Assembly: GCA_963833225.1 (NCBI GenBank)
Contig: CAWHXD010000007.1
Coordinates: 448,001 to 512,000 of the forward strand
DNA: 64,000 bases
From: an uncultured Chloroflexia bacterium
GTDB lineage: Bacteria; Chloroflexota; Limnocylindria; Limnocylindrales; CSP1-4
Direction: 5' to 3'
Shown here: positions 57,407 to 64,000 of the stretch, one piece after another
How the letters are laid out: each line of letters starts with the position of its first letter
How positions within the stretch are numbered: position 1 is the first letter of the stretch
Program-made: the position numbers and the translations under genes
Notes under the pieces: model-generated
Seen by the model: the letters and a program-made list of their open reading frames with translations, nothing else
What the model was told of the DNA's origin: nothing
Databases searched by the model: none

Positions 57407-59047
57407 GTGCCGCAGCGCTACGACGCGGTGATCATCGGCGGAGGGCACAACGGGCTCATCTCCGCCGCGTACCTGGCCCGCGCCGGCCTCAAGGTCGTGG
57501 TGCTCGAGCGCCGGCACGTCCTGGGCGGCGCCGCGGTGACCGAGGAGATCGTCCCCGGGTTCCGGTTCTCGGTTGCGAGCTACGTCGTGAGCCTGCTTCG
57601 GCCGGAGATCATCCGGGACCTGCAGCTGCCGAAGTTCGGGCTGGACATCCTCCCGCTCGACGGCACCTTCACCCCGCTGCGCAAGGGCGAGGGCCCCGGC
57701 TCGACCAAGCGCAAGCCGGTCGGCGACTACCTGTGGCGGGTCAACGACCATGGCCGGACCATCCGCGAGCTGCGTCGCTGGAGCAAGAACGACGCCGAGG
57801 CGTACGAGGAGTACGGCCAGCTCATGGTGGACATGGCCCGGTTCATCAAGCCAATCCTGGGGATCGTGCCCCCTGACCCCACCGACAACGACCCTCGCCC
57901 GCTGCTGCCGCTGGCCAGCCTGGCCCGCCGGTTCGCGCAGCTGCCCGAGCGCCAGCAGGCCGTGTTCGTCCAGCTGATGACGATGTCGGCCAAGGACTTC
58001 CTGGACCAGTGGTTCGAGACGGACCCGCTCAAGGCCACGATGTCCGCGTCCGGGATCATCGGCACCTACCAGGGGATCAACTCGCCGGGCACGGCCTACG
58101 TCCTGCTCCACCACTACATGGGCGAGATCGACGGCGCCTTCCGCGCCTGGGGCATCCCCAAGGGCGGCACCGGCGGCGTCTCCTACTCGATCGCCCGTGC
58201 CGCGCAGGCGCTGGGCGCCGAGATCCGCACCGAGGCCCCGGTCGCGCGGATCGTCGTCAACAACGGCAAGGCCACCGGCGTCGCCCTCGAGAGCGGCGAG
58301 GAGATCGAGGCCTCGGTCGTCCTCTCCTCGGCCGACGCCAAGGTCACCTTCCTCGACCTCCTCGAGCCCGGCTCCCTTCCCCCCGAGTTCGAGCAGGAGA
58401 TCCGCCGCTTCAAGTTCCGGGGCAGCTCGGGCAAGGTCAACCTCGCGGTGGACCGGCTGCCGGACTTCACCTGCCTGCCGGGCGAGGGCGAGCACCTCCG
58501 CGGCGCCATCAGCTTCAGCCCGTCAACCCGGGAGATGGAGCAGGCGTACGACGACGCGAAGTACGGGCACTGGAGCCACCGCCCGTACGTGGACATGATC
58601 ATCCCCACCCTCGTGGACCCGCAGATGGCGCCGCCCGGCAAGCACGTGATCAGCTGCTTCGTCCAGTACGCGCCCTACAAGCTGGCGCCCGAGCTGGGGA
58701 CCTGGGACGACAACGGCAACCGGGAGGCGTTCGGAGACGCGGTGGTCAACCGGATCGCCGAGTTCGCCCCCAACATCCGGGACATCATCATCGGCCGCCA
58801 GGTCCTCACCCCGCTCGACATCGAGCGGACGATGGGCCTCACGGAAGGCAACATCTTCCAGGGTGAGCTCACCCTGGAGCAGCTGTTCTTCAACCGGCCG
58901 GTGCCCGGCTACGCGCGGTTCCGCACCCCCGTCCAGGGCCTGTGGCTGTCGGGCTCGTCCACGCACCCCGGCGGCGGTCTGATGGGCGCGAACGGGCGCC
59001 TGGCCGCGCTCGAGGTCCTCAAGTCCCGCGGCCGGAAGGTGGCCTGA
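57407..59047 (+). CDS. FAD-dependent oxidoreductase, phytoene-dehydrogenase-like (COG1233), copy 1
   Basis: IIGGGHNGL..LERR..GGAAVTEE; PKGGTG; GNIFQGEL; THPGGG. Confidence 0.93.
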   Translation: MPQRYDAVIIGGGHNGLISAAYLARAGLKVVVLERRHVLGGAAVTEEIVPGFRFSVASYVVSLLRPEIIRDLQLPKFGLDILPLDGTFTPLRKGEGPGSTKRKPVGDYLWRVNDHGRTIRELRRWSKNDAEAYEEYGQLMVDMARFIKPILGIVPPDPTDNDPRPLLPLASLARRFAQLPERQQAVFVQLMTMSAKDFLDQWFETDPLKATMSASGIIGTYQGINSPGTAYVLLHHYMGEIDGAFRAWGIPKGGTGGVSYSIARAAQALGAEIRTEAPVARIVVNNGKATGVALESGEEIEASVVLSSADAKVTFLDLLEPGSLPPEFEQEIRRFKFRGSSGKVNLAVDRLPDFTCLPGEGEHLRGAISFSPSTREMEQAYDDAKYGHWSHRPYVDMIIPTLVDPQMAPPGKHVISCFVQYAPYKLAPELGTWDDNGNREAFGDAVVNRIAEFAPNIRDIIIGRQVLTPLDIERTMGLTEGNIFQGELTLEQLFFNRPVPGYARFRTPVQGLWLSGSSTHPGGGLMGANGRLAALEVLKSRGRKVA

Positions 59048-59049
59048 CA

Positions 59050-60664
59050 ATGGCGAGCACGATGAACCCGTACGACGCGATCGTCGTCGGCGCCGGACAC
59101 AACGGCCTGACCGCGGCCGCCTACATGGCCAGGGCCGGGCTGCGGGTCCTGGTGCTCGAGGCGCGCCCGATCGTGGGTGGCGCCGCCGTGACGGAGGATC
59201 TGGGTGGGGTTCGCGTGCCGTCCCTCGCCCACACGGTCGGGCGGCTCAAGCCGTCCGTCGCCCGGGAGCTGGACCTCGCCTCGCACGGCCTGTCGCTGGT
59301 CGCCCCAGAGGTCCGGGTCTTCGCGCCGCAGGCGGACGGCCGCGCGGTGACGCTGTACGCGGACCTCGCCAGGAGCGTCGAGGCGCTGCGCGTGTTCTCC
59401 GAGGATGACGCGACCGCGTTCGTGGAGTACGACCGCCGGGTTCGGTCCCTGTCGCAATTCCTCGCCGACCTCGGTGAGGAGGCCCCGCCGGACATCGCCG
59501 GCCCGGGATTCGGTGACGCGCTCCTTGGCCTGCGCCTGGGCCGCGCGTTCCGAGGGCTTGGCAAGCACGACGGCCGCACGATCCTGCGGGTGCTCGCGAT
59601 GGCCGCCGCCGATTTCGTGGCCGAGTCGTTCGGGTCCGAGCCGATCCGGGCGACGACCGCGTGGCGTGGCGTGCGCTACACCGCGATGGGCCCGTGGTCC
59701 GCGGGCACGACCTCCGTGCTGCTCGCGGACGCCGCCGGCAACGACGGTGGGGCCGCGGGCGAGACCGTGTTCGCCAGGGGTGGACCGGGCGCGCTCTCGG
59801 ACGCGCTGGCGTCCGCGGTTCGCGCGGCCGGCGGCGAGATCCGGTGCGACGCGAGGGTCGTCGCGGTGACCACGACCGACGGTGCCGTCACCGGCGTCGC
59901 GCTCGCCTCGGGCGAGGAGATCGCGGCGCCCGCCGTCGTCTCGGGTCTCGATCCCAAGCGCCTGCTCACGTCGCTCGTCGACCCGGTCACGGTGGGGCCG
60001 TCGATGCGCTGGCGCGCCGGCAACATCCGGACCCCGGGCACCGTGGCCAAGGTCAACCTCGGTGCTGGATGGCCTGCCCGATTTCCCCTCGACCGAGGGC
60101 GACATCCGCAAGCTCCGCGGCCGGATCCAGGTCGGGACGACGTCCATCGACCACGTCGAGCGGGCGTTTGACGCCAGCAAGTACGGGCTCCTGCCAGCAT
60201 CGCCGGTCCTCGAGGTCACCATCCCGTCGCTGGTGGACCCGTCGCTGGTCGCCGGGGCGCCCGAGGGGACCCAGGTGATGAGCGTGCTGATGCAGTGGAT
60301 GCCGCCGAAGCTCACGGCGGACGACTGGGCCGGACGCCGCGACGAGGTCGGCGACCTGGCCGTCAAGGCGCTCGAGACGGTGGCGCCGGGTCTCGGCTCC
60401 CGGGTCACGGCCCGCCAGGTGCTGACGCCGGCGGACCTCGAGGCCGAGTACGGGCTCTCCGGCGGTCACCCGCTCCACGCCGAGCCCGCGCTCGACTCGT
60501 TCTTCCTGTGGCGCCCGCTCCTCGGCTGGGCCCGCTACCGGATGCCGGTGGACGGGCTGTACCTCGCCGGGTCCGGGGCGCACCCGGGCGGTGGCGTCAC
60601 CGGCGTTCCCGGGCGCAACGCCGCCCGCGAGGTGATCACGGATCGCAAGAAGCGCCGGAGATAG
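59050..60664 (+). CDS. FAD-dependent oxidoreductase (COG1233), copy 2 (frameshift near 60060)
   Basis: VVGAGHNGL..GGAAVTE and ARGGPG; the second frame has TPADLE..GLYLAGSGAHPGGGVTG. Confidence 0.9.
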
Positions 60665-60686
60665 GCGCCGCCCGTGAGGAGAGTCC

Positions 60687-61751
60687 CTAGCGGCGGTCCA
60701 TGCGTGCCTCGTCGCTGAGGCGCTGCTCCTCGGCGCGGCTGGACTCCGGGACCGCGTCGGGGCCGGCTTCGCGCTCCAGCGACCAGTCCCACTCGCGCAG
60801 CTGGCGGAGCAGGCGTCGGCCGGTCAGATCGAGATGGATCGGGGTCACGGATATCCGCCGGTTCACGACGGCCGTGAAGTCCGTGCCGGGGACCGAGATC
60901 CCGGATGGCGGCGGCCCACCGATCCAGTAGTAGGGCAGTCCGCGAGGGTCGAAGCGACGGATCAGCTCGTCTTGGTAGACGCGTTTGCCGACCCGGGTGA
61001 CCTCGAAGCCGCCGCACTCCTCGATCGGGACGGCGGGCACGTTGACCGACAGCAGCTCGCCCCGCCGGAGTCCGTGCTCGAGGACGTTTCGCGCGACCAC
61101 GGCCGCAGCCGTTGCCGCAAGCGCGAAGTCGATGTGCTCCTCGTACTCCTGGCTGATCGCGAACGCGGGGCAGTTGTTGATGACGGCTTCCATCGCGGCC
61201 GAGACGGTCCCCGAGTACGTGATGTCGTCACCCAGGTTGGCGCCGTAGTTGATGCCCGACGCCACCAGGTCAAAGCGATCGTCGAAGAAGCCGAGGAAGG
61301 CAAGGGAGACGCAGTCCGTCGGGGAGCCGTCCACGGAGTAGCCGGTCGAGCCGTCGGCGAGCGTCCGCTCCCGGACGCGCAGCGGGCGCATCAGCGTCTT
61401 GGTGTGACCCACCGCGGACTGGTTGAGATCGGGGGCCACGACCGTCACGTCGCCGATCGGGTCGAGCGCGAGCTTGAGCGCCAGGATCCCCCGCGATTCG
61501 ATGCCGTCGTCGTTGGTGACCAGGATTCGGGGACGGCTGGTCCATGACCCGAGCGGACGCCCGATGCGCTTGAGGGCACGTCGCTTCCCGCGCGGCCCGG
61601 CGACGGGCTCGCCCCGCTCCTTGTCCAGGTCGCGTCGCTCCGAGCGGGCCCGCTCGCGGGTCATCTCGGGGGCGTCGGGCGTCACCGCGCCCTCGCCGTC
61701 GTCGCCGGCCGCGCGGTCCTCGCCCTCGCGGTCGTCACGGTCGTCGCTCAT
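60687..61751 (-). CDS. surE: 5'/3'-nucleotidase SurE with a charged N-terminal extension
   Basis: ILVTNDDG, VAPDLNQS, GSPTDCV, SGINYGANLG..YSGTVSAAME, ISVTPI. Confidence 0.96.
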   Translation of the reverse strand: MSDDRDDREGEDRAAGDDGEGAVTPDAPEMTRERARSERRDLDKERGEPVAGPRGKRRALKRIGRPLGSWTSRPRILVTNDDGIESRGILALKLALDPIGDVTVVAPDLNQSAVGHTKTLMRPLRVRERTLADGSTGYSVDGSPTDCVSLAFLGFFDDRFDLVASGINYGANLGDDITYSGTVSAAMEAVINNCPAFAISQEYEEHIDFALAATAAAVVARNVLEHGLRRGELLSVNVPAVPIEECGGFEVTRVGKRVYQDELIRRFDPRGLPYYWIGGPPPSGISVPGTDFTAVVNRRISVTPIHLDLTGRRLLRQLREWDWSLEREAGPDAVPESSRAEEQRLSDEARMDRR

Positions 61752-62998
61752 GCAGGCTCCGTTCCCGCTTCCTCCTCGGGCGCCTGGACGGGGTGCGCCT
61801 GGAGCGTCTTCGCCGCCAGCACCTCGTCAACATCCTCGTCCACGCCGGGTACCGGCTCGCGCGGCCGGCGAACGGCGCGACCCTCACGCCGCGCGATGCG
61901 CTTCGCGGCCCGGTCCGCCACGGAGCCATGCTCCTGCGAGCGGGCCACCCAGTGGAAGAACAGGGCAGAGATCACGGCGGCGATCGGGATGCCAAAGATC
62001 GCGCCGGCGATGCCGGCGACCCGCAGGCCGACGACCACCGATCCGAGCACCACGATCGGGTGGATGCCAACGGCACCGGCCATCAGGCGTGGCTGGAGGA
62101 CGTTCATGGTCACGAACCAGGCGATCGCCATCAGGATCAGGACCGGCAGCACGGGGCCATTCGGTGTCAGCAGCGCGACCAGGACGGGGGGTCCCCAGGA
62201 CACGAACGGGCCGAAGAACGGGATCATCTGCAGCAGACCCGCGATGACCGTCGTCACCGCCGCGTACTGCAGCCCGAAGCCGATGTTGATGACGGCGGTG
62301 AACACGCCGAACACGAAGCCCATGATCAGCTGGCCGCGGAGGAACCCGCCGAAGGAGCGCGCCACGCTGGCCTGGAGCACCTTCGCCTGTGGCACGTACG
62401 CCGGCGGGACCAGGCGGAACAGGAAGGCCATGATGTCGCCACGATCGAGGGCCATGTAGATCGACAGGATCACGAGGATCAGGATGTTGCCCAGGATCCC
62501 GATGCTCGCGACCGCGACCGACTGGAGGGGCTGGATCAGCTCTCCGGCGAAGACCTGCAGGTTGCGCACGATCTCCGGGGCCTGCCCGACCAGATCCACG
62601 TTGAGGCCGAACGACATGAGGCGTGCCTGCAGCTCCGAGAGGAGGGAGGCGAGCTCCGCTTCGAGCGTTGGGGCATCGCGGATGAACTGGGTGATCGAGG
62701 CGAGCAGCGAGGACGAGAGCTGGATGATGATCCCGACCACGATCCCCACGATCGCGACGTAGACGAGGATCACGGCGGCCGCCTGCGGGACCATCGGCAC
62801 CCTCGCCACGGCCTTGATCAGCGGCAGCAGGGCGAACGCCAGCAGCCACGCCAGGAAGAACAGCAGGATGATGTCGCCAAAGGCGGTGAGGACCGTGCCC
62901 GCGTCGCTGACGACCACGAACGCGAGCGCGACGACCGCCAGGATGAGGACCGCATCCAGCAGCCGGCGCTGGCGTTCCGTGAGCAGCTCGTCGGGCAT
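61748..62998 (-). CDS. AI-2E family transporter
   Basis: Multi-TM; GFLRGQL, IPFFGP, NVLQPRLM..VGIHP, GAIFGIPIAA. Confidence 0.92.
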   Translation of the reverse strand: MPDELLTERQRRLLDAVLILAVVALAFVVVSDAGTVLTAFGDIILLFFLAWLLAFALLPLIKAVARVPMVPQAAAVILVYVAIVGIVVGIIIQLSSSLLASITQFIRDAPTLEAELASLLSELQARLMSFGLNVDLVGQAPEIVRNLQVFAGELIQPLQSVAVASIGILGNILILVILSIYMALDRGDIMAFLFRLVPPAYVPQAKVLQASVARSFGGFLRGQLIMGFVFGVFTAVINIGFGLQYAAVTTVIAGLLQMIPFFGPFVSWGPPVLVALLTPNGPVLPVLILMAIAWFVTMNVLQPRLMAGAVGIHPIVVLGSVVVGLRVAGIAGAIFGIPIAAVISALFFHWVARSQEHGSVADRAAKRIARREGRAVRRPREPVPGVDEDVDEVLAAKTLQAHPVQAPEEEAGTEPA

Positions 62999-63127
62999 AG
63001 CCAGAGACTACGACGCCACGGCCGCCCGCGGAAGGTGTTCCGGGCGCCGCATCCCCAGATCAGGGCTGCCCGTTCGGGCAAAGCGCGTCCCTGCGCGTTG
63101 ACGCGGCAAGAGCCGCTGCGAGATGCT

Positions 63128-64000
63128 GTGGCGACCTTGGAGCACGAGCGCGCGTCCCACACGCGCCGGGCACCCGGCCCTCAAACCGCATCGGGCGGTC
63201 GGCCGGGACGGTCCAACGCGCCCGGGACGCGCGTTGATGGACCGCTCACGGAGGTCGCGCTTCTCCAGGTGCAGCGGGTGGCCGGCAACGCGGCCGCCAG
63301 GGCGCTCGTCCAGCGCCAGCCGGAGGGCCCAGGCGACGTCCCCGCGACCGAGGCCGGCACGCCGGCGGCGGGGACCTCCGAGACGACCCAGACGGAGCGG
63401 AGGACGCTGCGCTTCGGATCCACGGGCGAGGACGTCAAGCTGCTCCAGATGAAGCTGCACCAGGTTCGAGAGCGGGAGCACGATCGGGACGCCAACCGGC
63501 GCTCCCGGAGGGACGGCATCTTTGGGCCATTGACGCGCCAGGACGTGATCGACTTCCAGGGGGACACGGGGCTGGATGCCGACGGGGTGGTGGGACCGAG
63601 GACTTGGAATGCCATCGACTCGCTGGTGCCCGGCACGCCCACCGAGACCGGGGAGGCCGCGGCCGACGAGCAGTTCGATGCTGCTCGGGCGCTCAGGGAT
63701 GCCGCTCGCTACGACGAGGCAATCGCGATCTTCGAGGCGCTCGCGACCGGCTCGGCCACCCCCGAAATGGCCACGACGGCGCTGGCCAATGCGGGTGTCT
63801 GCCACATGCAGCGCGGCCGGTTCGGGATCGCCGTCGCTCGCTTCGAGCAGGCGCTGGCCGGTCGCTTCAACCAGGAGGCCCTCCGGGCTGGGATCCTGGA
63901 GGACCTGGAGAAGGCGCGCCGGAACGAGTTCCGCGACGATCCTCCGGCTGACCCTGAGCCGCTCCCCGCGGGTGCCGACCCCACAGCGGCCGGTCGCGAG
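63128..64000 (+). CDS. LQxxAGN-leader protein with peptidoglycan-binding domain and TPR-like helices (3' truncated, absent from the ORF track)
   Basis: Hand translation: LLQVQRVAGNAAARALVQR..TLRFGSTGEDVKLLQMKL..DGIFGPLTRQDVIDFQ..GLDADGVVGPRTW..YDEAIAIFE..NAGVCH..AVARFEQAL; open to the window end; start uncertain. Confidence 0.85.
   Translation, partial: MATLEHERASHTRRAPGPQTASGGRPGRSNAPGTRVDGPLTEVALLQVQRVAGNAAARALVQRQPEGPGDVPATEAGTPAAGTSETTQTERRTLRFGSTGEDVKLLQMKLHQVREREHDRDANRRSRRDGIFGPLTRQDVIDFQGDTGLDADGVVGPRTWNAIDSLVPGTPTETGEAAADEQFDAARALRDAARYDEAIAIFEALATGSATPEMATTALANAGVCHMQRGRFGIAVARFEQALAGRFNQEALRAGILEDLEKARRNEFRDDPPADPEPLPAGADPTAAGRE

Noticed and set aside
57407-60664. Carotenoid desaturases (crtI/crtO)
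   Set aside because: No phytoene synthase or other crt genes nearby, and the COG1233 fold alone does not imply carotenoid synthesis.
1-64000. tRNA, rRNA, prophage or known anti-phage defence genes
   Set aside because: No recognisable cloverleaf or rRNA sequence, phage structural genes or defence-system motifs were seen by eye.

Overview
High-GC bacterial chromosomal window (about 70% GC by eye). Gene content suggests Chloroflexota, possibly Limnocylindria (inference). The backbone is housekeeping: rpsU-yqeY-7TM/HD phosphodiesterase-ybeY-pth-mfd; a SAM-cycle cluster (apt, degenerate MtnA/eIF2B-like gene, GNAT, ahcY, S9 peptidase, metK); GDP-mannose genes; a cobalamin riboswitch with btuFCD; a GcvT-like gene; two COG1233 flavoproteins; surE; an AI-2E transporter. 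Single-base frameshifts in several conserved genes (ybeY, mfd, S9 peptidase) point to indel sequencing errors. An accessory run of small genes lies at about 12.8-29.7 kb. Its first part (14.8-21.3 kb) is a co-oriented cassette-like array whose gene junctions carry a recurring ~28-bp motif (consensus GGGTGACATT..CGCACGCTCGCGGAC). The same stretch holds a perfect 69-bp direct repeat enclosing exactly one gene and an IS110 element whose left end folds like a bridge RNA, with short candidate guides partly matching its insertion site. Two distant proteins share an N-terminal LLxxQxxAGNxAxxxLxQR leader typical of putative eCIS cargo: a zinc-protease toxin-like protein followed by a candidate immunity gene, and a peptidoglycan-binding/TPR protein. 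No rRNA, tRNA or CRISPR array was seen.
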